Shown: positions 15,801-29,880 of the stretch, piece after piece
Layout of the letters: every line of letters begins with the position of its first letter
How positions within the stretch are numbered: the stretch's first letter is position 1
Origin: Amoebidium appalachense
Lineage: Eukaryota > Protista > Ichthyosporea
Reading direction: 5' to 3'
Length of the DNA stretch: 64,000 nt
Assembly (NCBI GenBank): GCA_963693365.1
Contig: CAVNZM010000013.1
Span: forward strand, 3,686,722-3,750,721
Made by a program: the position numbers and the translations under genes
The notes under the pieces: generated by a model
Told to the model about the DNA's origin: nothing
What the model saw: the letters and a program-made list of their open reading frames with translations, nothing else
Database searches by the model: none

Positions 15801-18800
15801 GCAGTGGTCACCCGCCAAGAAGCGCGTTCATTCACTCTGTCTGGTCGCCTGCCAAGAATGCGGCGTCCCTTTTTTCTTTTGCCAAAAAAAAGTTACCTCC
15901 ATTCCCTCCGTCTGGTCCCCCGCCAAGAATGTGGCATCCAATCACTCCGAGTCCGTCTGGTCCCCCACAAAGAATGTGGCGTTTTTTTTTTTTTTTTTTT
16001 TTTTTTGTTTTTTTACCCAAAAAGCAAGTTTCCTCTATTTCTATTCCCTCGGTCTGGTACCCCACCAAGAATGTGGCGTCCATTCAATATGTCTGGTCCC
16101 CCGCCAAGAATGTGGCGTCCATTCACTCCATCTGGTCCCTGCCAAGAATGCGGCGTCCTTTTTTTTTTTGCCAAAAAAGAAATTTACCTCCATTCCCTCC
16201 GTATGGCCCGTCGTCAAGAATGTGGTGTCCATTCACTCTGTCTGGTCCCCCTCCAAGAATGCGGTGTCCCTTTTTTTTTTTTTTTTTTTTTGCCAAAAAA
16301 AGAAGCTACATCCATTCCCTTTGTCTGGTCCCCCACACAGAATGCTGCGTCCATTCATTCCGTCGGTCCCCCCCCCCAAAGAATGCGGCGTCCATTCACT
16401 CCGTCAGGTTGCCTGCCAAGAATGCGGCATCCTTTTTTTTTTTTGGGCCAAAAAACGAAGTTACCTCCATGCCTTTTGTCTGGTCCCCCGCCAAGAATGC
16501 GGCGTCCAATCACTCTGTTTGGACCCCCGCCAAGAATGTGGCGTCCTTTTTTTTGGCCAAAAAAGAACGTTTTCTCCATTCGCTGTCTGGCACCCCGTCA
16601 AAAATGCGGTGTCCATTCACTCTGTCTGGTCCCCGGCAAAAACTGTGTTTTTTTTTTTTTGCCAAAAAGGAAGTTACCTCTATTCCCTCAGTCTGATCCC
16701 CCGCCAACAATACGTCGTCCACTCAATACGTCTGGTCCCCCGCCAAGAATGCGGGGTCCATTCACTCCGTCTGGTTGCCAGCCAAAAATGCGGCGAACAT
16801 TTTTTTTGGGCCAAAAAATGAAGGTACCTCCATTCCCTCCGTCTGGTCCCCCACAAGAATGCGGCGTCCAGTCACTCCCTCCGGTCCCCCGCCAAGAATA
16901 CGGCCTCCATTCTCTCCGTCTGGTCGCCCGCCAAGAATGCGGCGTCCTTTTGTTGCCCAAAAAGGAAGTTAGCTCCATTTCCTCAGTCTGGTCCCTTCCA
17001 AGAATGCGGTGTTCATTCACTCCGTCTGGTCTCCCGCAAAGAACGTGGCGTGGCGTCCATTCAATCCGTCTTGTCGACGGCCACTGAAGGCGGTGCTTTT
17101 TTTTTTGGCCTAGAAAGGAAGTTACCTCCATTCCCTCCGTCTGGTCCCCCGCCAATAATGCGGCGTCCATTCACTCTGTCTGGTCAACCACCAAGAATGC
17201 GGCGTACTATTTAAGTAAGTTTTGAAGTTTCCTCCATTCCCGCCTTCTGGTCTCCAGCCAAATATGCGGCGTCCATTCACTACGTCTGATCACCCGCAAG
17301 AAGCGCGTTCATTCACTCTGTCTGGACGCCTGCCAAGAATGCGGCGTCCCTTTTTTTTTGCCAAAAAAGGAAGTTACTTCCATTCCCTTCGTCTGGTCCC
17401 CGTCAAGAATGCGGTGTCCATTCACTCTGTCTGGTCCCCCGCCAAGAATGCGGCGTCTTTTTTATTTGCCAAAAAAGGAAGTTACCTCCATTCCCTCCGC
17501 CATCTTATCCCCCGCCAAGAATGCAGCATCCATTCACTCCGTCTGGTCACCTGCCAAGAATGCGGCTTCTTCTTTTTTTTTTTTGCCAAGAATAGAAGTT
17601 ACCTCCGAGTCCATTCCCTCTGTCTGGTCCCCCGCCAAGAATGCGGCGTCCAATCACACCGTCTGGTCCCCCGCCAAGAATGCGGCGTCCTTTTTTTTTG
17701 GCCAAAAGAGAAAGTTACCTCCATTCCCTCAGTCTGGTGCCCCGCCAAGAATGCGGCACCCAATCACTCTGCCTGGTCCCCCGCCAAGAATGCCGCGTCC
17801 TTTTTTTTTTTTTTTACCAAAAAACTTGAAGGAAGTTACCTCCAATCCCTCCGTCTGGTCCCCCGTCAAGAATGCAATTTCCAATCACTCTCTGTGGTCC
17901 CCCGACAAGAATGCGGTTTCCATTCACTCTCTGTGGTCGAGTCCCCCGCCAAGAATGTGGCGTACTTTTTTTTTGCCAAAAAACTAGGAAGTTCCCTCCA
18001 TCCCCTCCATCTGGTCACCCGCCAAGAATGCGGCGTTCTTTTTTTTTTTTTGGAAAAAGGAAGTTACCTCCATACTCTCTGTTTGGTCCCCCGCAAAGAA
18101 TGCGGCGTCCATTCACTCCGTCTGGTTCCCCGCCAAGAATGCGGCGTCCAATCACTCCGTCTGGTTCCCCACCAAGAATGCGGGGTCCTTCAAAGTTTGT
18201 TTTTCCCCAAAAAAAGGAAGTTACCTCCATTCCCTCCGTCTGGTCCCCTGCCAAGAATGCGGTGTGCATTCACTCCGTCTGGTCTGGCCCGCCAAGAATG
18301 CTGCATCCCTTTTTTTTTCTTCTTTGCCAAAAAGGAAGTTGCCTCCATTCCCTCCGTCTGGTCCCCGGTCAAGAATGCGGAGTCCATTCACTCTGTCTGG
18401 TCCCCCGCCAAGAATGCGGCGTCTTTTTTTTTGCCAAAGAAGTAAGTTACCTCCATTCGCTCCGTCCGGTCCCCCGCCAAATGTGCAGCGTCCATTCACT
18501 CCGTCTGGTCCCCCGCCAAGAGTGCGGCGTCCATTCACACCGTCTGGTCCCCCACCAAGAATGCGGCGACCATTCACTCCATCTGGGCCCCGGCCAAGAA
18601 TGCGGCGTCTTTTTTTGTTGCCAAAAAAGGAAGTTACCTCCATTCACTCCGTCTGGTCCCTTGCCAAGAATGCGGCGTCCATTCACTCCGCCTGGCCGCC
18701 CGCCAAGAATGTGACGTCCTTTTTTTTGGCCTAAAAAGGAAGTTGCCTCCATTCCCTCCGTCTGGTCCCCCGCCAAGAATGCGGCGTCCCATCACTCCGT

Positions 18801-19487
18801 CCCGTCCCCAGCCAACTTGAAGAATGCGGCGTCCATTCACTCCGTCTGGTCGCGCTCCAAGAATGCGGCGCCCTTTTTCTTTGCCAAAAAAGGAAGTTGC
18901 CTCCATTCGGTCCGTCTGGTCCCCCGCCAAGAATGGGGCATCCATTCACTCTGTCTGGTCCCCTGCCAAGAATGCGGCGTCCATTCACTCCGCCTGGTCG
19001 CCCGCCAAGAATGCGGCGTCATTTTTGTTGGACTAAAAAGGAAGTTAGCTCCATAATCTCCGTCTGGTCCCCCGTCAAGAATGTGGTGTCCATTCACTCT
19101 GTCTGGTCCCCCGACAAGAATGCGGCGTCCTTTGCTTTGCCAAAAAAGGAAGTTACCGGCATTCCCTTTGTCCGGTCCCCCGCCAAGAATGCGGTGTTGG
19201 CGTCCTTTATTTTTTTTGTCGAAAAGGAAGTTATCTCCATTCCCTCCGTCGGTTGCCCCGCCAAGAAAGGGGAGTTTAATCACTCCGTGTGGTGCCCCGC
19301 CAAGAATGCAGCGTCCTTTTTTTTTTTTTTTTTGCCAAACTTTAAAGTTACCTCCATTACCTCCGTCTGGTCCCCCGTCAAGAATGCGGTGTCCATTCAC
19401 TCTGTCTGGTCCCCCAACAAGCGGCGGCGTCCTTTTTTTTGCTAAAAAAGGAAGTTACCTCCATTCCCTCCGTCTGGTCCCCCGCCA
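12863..19487. repeat. Complex satellite array of two unit types (~38 bp and ~65 bp) with an orientation inversion at ~14583
   Basis: The core TCCGTCTGGTCCCCCGCCAAGAATGCGGCGTCC recurs well over 100 times, joined by either ATTCAC or T(n)GCCA(n)GGAAGTTACCTCCATTCCC. It is reverse-complemented in 12863-~14580 and forward in ~14583-19487. Confidence 0.95.
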
Positions 19488-21697
19488 CAGCAGCAAACTT
19501 CCCCGGCCTATTAATAACGTATTGGAGGCTATTGGGGCTATTGGCAATATAGGCAATAGAACCCCTTTTCACCAATGTGAAACTGACAATATACCGACAT
19601 TACACTAATATTCCATAATATTGGCCTTGGGAATGGCATAGGAATACTCAAAACGCCCTATTGACCATCTCACAATGATATAAGGTAACTATTACCCGAT
19701 ACAAATATTATTTAAATTGAGTTATGTTAAATGGATAATATCACCAACATACGATATTACCAATACAGTAACATTGCATAAACATTGCCAACATATCATT
19801 TATACTCGACTGATGTATACATTGCATGATAATATCGGTAAATAGGCTATGTTTTCGTATTGTGATATTGAGATTTGTAACGGTCCGGCCTATCATCATT
19901 AAATCACTAATACGTTGGCCAATATCCTTATATAACTTTGAATGTAGAAAGGATGTAAAGCATATATTGCGTGACGTATTATAGTCCACTCATTACCATA
20001 ATAAGTGCATGCTATCACAGATAAATTATGTACTATGCCAAGTTATTATGTTTATTAAATATACATGGGAAGATCTTATAAATAGTACTCCTATTACATT
20101 ACAGATATTAACAAGATAATACACATGAATTGTGGTCTAATACATGGCCAATATATGTTGCAACTATGAAAAATATTCACATGATAGGTTGGCAGCATGT
20201 TGCCAAGGAACCGTAACGTATTGCTGGAATACTTGTGATACGTTATTAAAAATTGACAGTACTACAGTCAATGATATGGCAACTGTATTACAAAGATGTT
20301 GAGAATATCTCATAAGTTTTCTCAAACGTATTACGGATGTATTCAGAATGCACCATTTGCTCGGTCGTAATATAAATACCGTAGTATTTGTACTGTATTC
20401 GTAATACTGACCCAAACAAACTAGGAATATTATAAACTATGAACACTCAATAATTCAGTAATATGACAGTTGTATTGCCAATATGTGATTTGTATGTAAA
20501 GGATATGCATGCGTCGTGTTAGATATGTCATGCGAATACTCGAACTGATGCCGTCATAATAGAGAGACGATCTAGAGGTCGCTAAAATACGCGTGAACTG
20601 TGGCTTCGTCTGACGAAACGCGTGCCGCACACTGACTCAGCACACTCACTGTGGCAATACTGACATGTTTAGTTGGTTGTCAGGTGACGTCGAGATAGGC
20701 GCCACGGTCATAATGCTACGTTGCATGATTATTTAGCTATTCACGTAAAGGCAACATTATTACACACATGTACAATGTACAGGCTTCGCGTAAATCTAAA
20801 TATCTAAATACTCGGCGAATTTAGAGAACCAATGCCGTTCTCTAAATATCCAAAAGTCTGCTCGATTCGTGTAGAGCAGTTTAGAAACTGAATTATCTGG
20901 ATCGTTTGCGTAAAGTCATGCACAAAGCACAGGCCGAAGGATGACTCTTGTCTTAGTTTTTTGAAGAAAGCAACAAGAAACATAAGCAGCAAAAAAGCAA
21001 GGCAGTTCACTTTTTCTAGATTTCTGCCTCTATGGAGCGTGTCATAATGTGTTTATTTTGAGAAATGTCTTCCAAATATTTAGTCATGAGACACCGTGAC
21101 GCTTTCGTAAATAGTTTTTTTATTATTTTTTCGTCCCTCCTTTTTGGCAAGACCTTTCAACGAAGATGTTTCAACTACAATGCTTTTACCCCCTCGCTCG
21201 CGGATTTTGTGTATATGTTTCCGGGGGTCACCGCACGTATAAATATGGCTGCTTTTTCCAAGGCCTGTCATAACGAGCCTCCAGAAGTTCTCGGGAAGCC
21301 CGCGCCCGGCACGCGCGCCACACTCGGGAGCACACACAATTCTATTGGATAAGAGATATTTAGGCGGGTTCCAAGGACCAATCGTCGCATCCCAGACATC
21401 TAGAAGACTCCCTCCCCCCCCCCCCCCCCCCCCCCCTTTCCCAGATGCGCCCATCTGGAAGAGGGTCGAAATCAATCTAGATTTTATGCAAACTTTAAAA
21501 ATATAACAGATCGATCGGATTGCGGAAGTTTTACACGTAAATTTAAGAAGATATTTAGATATTTTTATTCACGCGAAGCGACTCAATGGATGTGCGTTCA
21601 TGTGTGTGTGTGTGCGTGCGTCACGGTGCGTGTCTGAGTGTGTGTGTGCATGTGTGTCACAGTGTGTGTTCATATGTGTGCACGTGCACACGCGCGC

Positions 21698-21744
<47 letters not shown>

Positions 21745-22428
21745 CGCCCGGGCCGAGGGGGGGGGGGGGGGGGGGGGGGATATATCGATAGGCTGGAAGC
21801 AGAAGCACCCCAGGGGGACATGCGTTATGGCCGGGGGGACATATTCATGCACGGTTGGATTCTACATGCGGGTGTGTAGGTGTGGGTGCGGGTTTGTATA
21901 TGCATGTGTGCGTGCGGGTGGGTGGGCAGGTGTGGGGGTGTATGTGTATGATATGAGATCGAGAAGGCCAAAGTATGAACTCCATGGACACCTATTTTGG
22001 AACAATTTATTTTTATTGGCAGTCAAACGCAACACGTGCCTCTTGCCACGTGAATTGAAATGTGTTTGTTTCTTTTTATGGCTACGTTTACCATCAAGCC
22101 ATTGGCCAATCGTGGCTGGTCACATCCATTCTTAAACTTTCATCAGTTTCATACAATATTCCAAAAACAGTCCGTGTTTGTTACAACAATTATTTATGAT
22201 CAGCAGACATCCTATCTGATTACATATCTGTACAATAGAAAGGTGGAGTTGCGGACTATGTACTAAAATTACATCATGTTCTACTACAGAGACCTTCATT
22301 CGAATAGTATTTGCATATTTACGTATCCGGTCTTCAGAACTGTCAAACCATATTGCTTGAAGTCAAAGAACGCGGAAAGTTACAAGTTTATCCACATTGC
22401 AATTTCATACTATCCACTTCACATATAT

Positions 22429-23033
22429 TCATTGTACCCTTCCCTCCCCCCTCCCCCCTTGGTAGCATGTGACGGTGGCTACTTGCGGACGACAAAAATA
22501 AAAGAGAAGACGGATCCCTGCATCGATAAAAATTGTTAGCAGCTGTGGGTCCATGTGCACGGTGTGGTGGGTGTTGTTTATGTCCCCGTGTGTGCGTGTG
22601 TGTGCGCGCGCGTGTATACAGGCATGCGCGGGTTGTGTTTGGGGGGGGGGGGGGGGGGGGGAAGGAGGGAGGGAGGGAGGGAGGGGGGGGGGGGGGGGGG
22701 GGTCTGTGTCCGTACAAGCCGTGTCCGTGTGAAGAATGTCAGGTGTGGGTATCGGGTGGATGGGTTTAGGGGGTGTGTTGAGTGTGTAGGTGGGGGCGCC
22801 CGGGGGGGGGGGGGGGGGGGGGGGGGAGTGCCTGTGCGTGTGTGTGTGCTCACGCGCGCGCGTGCACGCATGTGCGTGTGTGCGTGCACGGGCGGGCGCG
22901 CGTGCACATGTCAGGGCGAGAGGGGGAAAGGGGAAGGGGGCACATACCACAAAGAGGAAGTTTCCGATGAGTGTTCTCCAACTGTAATTCTCAGAGGTCA
23001 CAGTGGACAGAGGAATCCTGGAGGGGTGCGTGT

Positions 23034-23077
<44 letters not shown>

Positions 23078-23310
23078 GTGTGTTTGGTGTCCGTGTGTGT
23101 GTGTGCGTGTCCTGCAAGTGTGCATACTACAAAACGTGTTTAACGGGTGCTAACACGACAACCATTTCTGAGTCAATTTGGAGAGAATTCTGCCTTTGAG
23201 AGGAATTCGATTGATGTGTGTGATGTGCTGGTGTGTGCACGTGCAGACTGGAAACACTCTACTGTTTGAGCACAGAACGGACAACAGGGGGTTGGGGTGT
23301 GTGTGTATGT

Positions 23311-23363
<53 letters not shown>

Positions 23364-24670
23364 TAGGTGGTGAGGGTGGGTGGGGTAGGGGATGCGTTTT
23401 TTTGGGGTGTGTGTGTGTGGGGGGGGGGGGGGGGGGGGTAAATTTACCTAAATTCATTTGCCCCGTACGACTCTCCCTCCTTCAATGCTGCCGCACCATA
23501 TATGGTAAGCTGCCAGCTGACGAGAGATCCCGTGTGCCCATTGGCTACCGTGTCGGCAACCACCAGCGTCCATTCGCCAATCGGATTCTGCATCGATCGG
23601 AAGTGAGATTTGTGCATGCGCACATTGTGGACATAAACGTGTAACGCACATCCGCGGGTGTACTAAGAGAGCCAATCTGTCGTTAGCACGAACAAAAACA
23701 AAGAAAAGAGGCGTTAGAACAACAACACGGAAATAGGGAAAGGAAGAAAGGCGATCGGCACTGGGGCTGGCCACACTGCCACGATTGACTGGTTTCGGAT
23801 TGACTGTCAATCGGAGCTCCGATTGACCAGATTCGACCATATCTGGAATCCATCCGATCGGCGCGTCCAGACTGGGCCGCTGGATGACTTTTCGGATTAA
23901 CTTTCCCGCCAAAATGGAGGTGGGAACCAATCACACCAGGCTATGACGTAGGTAGTTGACCGCAGAAAACCGTGTGTCGTACGCGTGCCGGTTTGATTTG
24001 CGGTCTTTCCGACGCGATCCATAGTACTTATATAAGTGCGTGTGTTCTACGTGTGCGCGAACGAAGTGGGAGGACTCACATCTTTGTTTTATTATGTAAA
24101 CGAACTTTATGTAAAGTTTATGTAAACGAGATTCAATTGGCCAAAACTGTAAAAAAGGCAACCAATAATTAATCCTTCTGCGAAATATCCATATATGGTT
24201 TTGTTTTTGACTTTCTCAAGCTCGGATTGGTTCGGATTGACGTTCGGGTGTGTCAATCGGAATCCGGATGCATCCATCGGTACACTCATCGAATCAGTGT
24301 GGACCCCGGATCGATTGGACTCCCATGCAAATTAGGCAACTTTGGTCAATAGGGAGCATCAATTGCTGCAGTGTGGACAGCCCCACTAGAGTCGGTGTGT
24401 GCAGATGGGGATGGAGCTTTGATATGGTGGTGTGTGGTAGAGACAAAACCCTGCCTCCTTTCTCCAACACGCATTAACGTACCCTCACAAATGAGAAACA
24501 TTAGGCACAACCTCATGTTCCCATGCATAGACACAAACGCAAAAGGAAAATACACTGTAAGAAAAATCACACACCTCTCCCCACAGATGGATGGTTGAGA
24601 ACGTCCAATCAACAAATCCTTTCGTGCTGTCGTCCCGGGGTCGGGCAGTCAGGAGTTGAACAGACGTGCC

Positions 24671-24750
<80 letters not shown>

Positions 24751-25676
24751 CGCGCGCGCGCGCGTGCGTGCGTGTGCGTGTGCGTGTGCGAGCGTGTGCG
24801 AGCGTGTGCGTGTGTGTGTGTGTGTGTGCGCGCCGATGTATAGTTGGTGGGTGAAATAGAAAGGCCTTTTAGCAAACAACATTACAAATGTTATAGATGT
24901 ACAGCACTTCAAGTTACGCTTCAACAGTAACTGGTGATCCATGAGCACATATGAAGGAAGGCAAGGATATGTGTGGAAGAAGGAATGAAACCGGTGGATT
25001 TTTTTTTCTTGCGAAACTCCATGCGCAACGTTAAAGGTACATACAGGCAGAAGAGACGGGGGGTATGATGAGGGGAGAACGTCCTGGTGGAGGGAGGGAG
25101 GAAAGGAGGGAGGGAGGGGGAGGGGGGGGGGGGGGGGGGAGAGAGAGAGAGGGGGGGGAGGGGGGGGGGGGGGGGGATCTTCGTACCCGGGAGATATGAG
25201 GGTGAGCTCGAGGTCCCCCCTCTGCTGGTGGTCAATGGTTGCACGCACAGTCACGTGCTCAATGCGGGCAACTGCAATGCACCAATCAGATCAGTGTGTT
25301 ATAACAACATCACCATTCAGATCGACGGGTTACAGCAACAGGATCAGCTTATCAGATAGATGTGGTAAATTAATACAGAACCTGTCGTATTTATGATGGT
25401 GGCAGGCAACCACAGCGAGTGGATGGGTGGATCCGAAAAAAGGGAAGGAGGAGGAGAGAGGGGGGAGGGGGGGGAGGGGGGGGTTCAGAGTACGAAGACA
25501 CATTTGCAACGGAAAACACAATAAATACAGGGTACAAAAAACACAAAGACAAAGCTTTAAAGCAGAGCCTATCCTTGGGGGGGAAGGGGGGGGGGGGGGG
25601 AGGGGGGGGGGGTTATGCGTAACACGGTACGAAGGGGGGGGCAGGGGGGGGGGGGGAGGCAAGTCATCCATAATAG

Positions 25677-25723
<47 letters not shown>

Positions 25724-25936
25724 CTGCTTTACCAGTGTTGGCATGCGGTGACACGTATGTGCGTTGGATGGCTGGTGAACCGGTGCCCTCAGAGATGGCC
25801 TCTGTCATGTGTATGGCCGGGGCAGACGTGGCGGAAAAGGGTAAAACAGTGCGGAAGTTTTTGGCATTTTCCACCATGGAACGGGCATTGAGAAGGCCAA
25901 AACCAAAACGTGTACTCACACGGTGCCTGTGTGTGT

Positions 25937-25967
<31 letters not shown>

Positions 25968-26436
25968 GGCATGCGTGTGTGTGTGTATGTGTGTGGCAGA
26001 GGGGGGGGGGGAGGGGGTTGTGTATGTGTATGTGTGTGGTTGTGGTGGGGGGAAGGGGAAGGGGAAGGGGGAGGGGGGAGGGGGGGGGGGGGGGGGGGAG
26101 GTGAGTAAAAGGGAAGGGAAACGCAAACGCTTGCCACTACCATACGTGTTTACAACCATCTTTTCAAAGTCTCAGAGAAGCAATTTCTCTCAGCAAAGAA
26201 AGAATGCCGTTTACTGTGTACACGTGTAAAATTTGTTATTGTGTTCAGAATGGAGTTTTCGCTTCCTGTCTCGTGGTCATCTTCCGTTGTCTTCTTTGTT
26301 TTTGCCATCCATATCATTAAGCATATATCTTATTGGTTTGCTTTTATTTTATTTCTATGATGCTCTTTATTTTTACTTTTATTTTTTGGGTGGATGTTGG
26401 GCGCGGGCTGGGTGTGTGTGTGTGTGTGTGGGGGGT

Positions 26437-26484
<48 letters not shown>

Positions 26485-27005
26485 GTACCCGGCAGCGTTA
26501 GTGACCCACGAATCGTCATCCGGATGGATGTGATTGGCTGTCTGCACAATCAGGTGCTGCATGTCTCGCCACGTCAGCAAAGGGCTGGGGGGGGGGGGGG
26601 GGAGGGGGGGGAACGAGGTTAGTTTCTCTGCATTTGTTAAACCGTGTGGTGATGTGCATGTATGCCTGCACGTGCATATGTGCATATGTGTTTGTTCTCC
26701 AATCGTACGTACATGCACGTGCAGTGTACGGCTTGTGTGGCTGTCTCATGCATTAGCCTGTTTGCCGGTGTGTGCGAATCTGTGTGTATGTGCACATGGA
26801 TGGGTATTGCCTGTGTTGCACATGTATGTGTCATACATGTGCGCACGTGCACATGTGCTGCACGTGTGCACGTGCATGCACTTACTTTGCCTCCAGGGCC
26901 AATGCCACCACACCGACAGCCAAGGGCGCTGCAGCCGATGTGCCGGTGTGCTTGTTCGTGCAGGCGCCCCCAAGATCCGTCGTGGTCTGTGTGTGTGTGT
27001 GGGTA

Positions 27006-27051
<46 letters not shown>

Positions 27052-27833
27052 GTAGTGGTAAAGAATACAGTAAATTCAGACCACAAGAAAGAACATCGTG
27101 TGGTTATGCAAAAAAACAAAAACATGGGGTGGGTAGGTGTGGATGCAATAGTGACATGTGTGGCATTTACTATCACCTTTCTAGCTTTGTGGGTGTGTGT
27201 GCATCAGGAAAGAGGTCCGGGGGGGGGGGGGGGGGGGGGGGAATGGGGGGGAGGGGAAGTGGGGGGGGGGGAGGGGGGGGGCTCACAATTGCGTGAGCCT
27301 TTGAAGCACCCGAAGAAAAGGCGACGGCAATCATGGCGACACATGGCTCCATGTACCTGTGTGTGTGTGTGTGTGTTGTGTGTGTGCGTGCGTGCGTGCG
27401 TGTGTGCGTACGTGCGTGTGTGTTTGCTTGTGCTTACGTGTGTGTGCATGTGTGTGCGTGTACGTGTGTGTGTGCAAGTGTGTACGTTGTTTGCCGGTGT
27501 GCATGTCGTGTAGGAAGTAACGAGGGTATGGAAGGAAGATTAAGTTTAAGGCTACCACCAGTTCATTAACTCGCAGCTGAACTCATCCACCCCTACACAC
27601 ACTCTCTCCCTGCCTTCCCGTCTCCTTCCCTCCCTCCATCCGTCCGTGCCTCCCTTATCCCCACACTCCCACCCTCCCACCATCCCACCCTTTCTCCTTC
27701 TTTCCTTTCACCGCTTCCCTCCCTGCAACACGACACACCCTCAAACAATCACTCCCCCTACACCAGGATGACCCAAACCCACCACCCACCAAATCCGAAC
27801 CCAAACTCCAAACCCAGCACGCACCAGTATGGG

Positions 27834-27915
<82 letters not shown>

Positions 27916-28465
27916 CCCTCCCCGTTTCTTGCTCTCTCCATTTCCCTCCCAGCCACACGACACACCATCACCCCACACATACACCAACCCCACCACCCGC
28001 CAAGCCCACCACCCGTTAACCCCAGACCCAAACCCCCTTAACTCCTGTCGTAACCCCCACGCACCAGGGCTGGGAGTATGTGTGGTCCACGGCACCAATG
28101 CTCAGCGTGTAGATACTGTTTGCATAGCCGTCGCAGTTGCAGTTGTCAATCCGCCGCCCGTTGCCGCTGGCAAATACATACAGAGACCTTTGGGGTGGTG
28201 GTTTTAACGTTAAAAAGGGTGATTTAATAGGGCAAATTGATTGGTAGAGGCATTTTGTATGGAGTGCGATCTGCAACAAAGAAACAGACGCAGTAGTTTG
28301 GAGTATTAATGTGGTATTACAGGAGAAGGGAGGGGCTTTATGGCTGTTTTTCGGTTTGAAAGACGAAACAAGTAAACAGGCATCCATACAATGTTTGAGT
28401 GTGCGCGTGTATGGAAGTGTGATTGTGTGGCTGGCAGTCGTCTGTGTGTGTGTGGTATGCATGTC

Positions 28466-28558
<93 letters not shown>

Positions 28559-28575
28559 TTGTGTGTGTGCGCGTA

Positions 28576-28645
<70 letters not shown>

Positions 28646-29015
28646 CGCCCGCGCGCACACGCGTGTGCTTGTGTCTCTGTGTGTGTGCTTGTGTGTCTGT
28701 GTGCCTGTGTCTGTGTCCTTGATTGTCTGTGTGCTTGTGTGTCTGTGTGCCTGTGCATGCACCTACCCCTTGCCCCCTCTGCCCTCTCTGACCCCTTTCT
28801 CCATGGCCAGCTGTGCCAACACTGCTGGTCCCTCCACCGTGCGCCCATCATCCTCGGGCCCCTGTGATAAGCTAAAAGTCAGCACCTTCCAAAAATAGGC
28901 ATACAAACACTATGACCCTCCACATGAATTTAATTTGTCCCATCTTGTGCCCCCATTGATCTCCCCTCCACATCCACATCCAAAATGCAAAACCTTATCC
29001 CCGCCGAGCCCCTCC

Positions 29016-29053
<38 letters not shown>

Positions 29054-29408
29054 ACCGCACACACACACACACACACACACAAAAACACATACACACAACC
29101 GGTGACCCACCTACCCACCTAATCACACGCGCCCCCTAACACTAGCGCGCACACCCAGAGCCAATACGTGCCAAGCCTCTCACATATGCCTCGTACATGT
29201 TGCCTTCCTCTTCTTCGTGTAACACCGTAATCCCTCCTTTCTCCCCCACATCTCCAACCTCCAAAACCTAACCTAACCTCTCCACACCCCACCCCACCCC
29301 TTCCCCCCCCGATCACCCAGATTATCCCTCGTTCACCTATTTCCCCCCGTCCACCCAAACTTCCCCGCCCCGTCCCCTCCCCCTCCCCCCGCCCCCCCTC
29401 CCTCCCCC

Positions 29409-29455
<47 letters not shown>

Positions 29456-29716
29456 CCCCCCAACAAATGCATTGGGGCTACACACCCATGAGCTGCTGTA
29501 GATGTGCACGTGCTGGGGGTTAAACCCCAGGGCCGTGGCCTCATCTGCATCGGTAATCTCCCCGTCGATCAGACGGATCCCTCCGATCTGCGCATTGGGG
29601 CTAACCCCCACCCCACATACGTGGTTGTTGGCCACCCCTGCAATGCTCCCGGCACACCGCGTGCCTGTGTGTACGTGTGCGCAGGTATGTACGTGTATGT
29701 TTGTGTTTGTTCGTTT

Positions 29717-29748
<32 letters not shown>

Positions 29749-29802
29749 GGGGGGGGGGGGGGGGGGTTATGTGTGTTTTTTGGGGGGAGGGGGGAAGGAA
29801 GG

Positions 29803-29880
<78 letters not shown>

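Noticed and set aside
12863-19487. CRISPR-like array (repeat alternating with variable-length linker)
   Set aside because: The linkers are two recurring sequence types, not unique spacers; the repeats are degenerate; there are no cas-like ORFs; and the context is eukaryotic.
21065-21880. Possible additional 3' exons of the convertase, or a separate small gene
   Set aside because: Several AG/GT combinations are possible, but none gives a recognisable or uniquely supported product.
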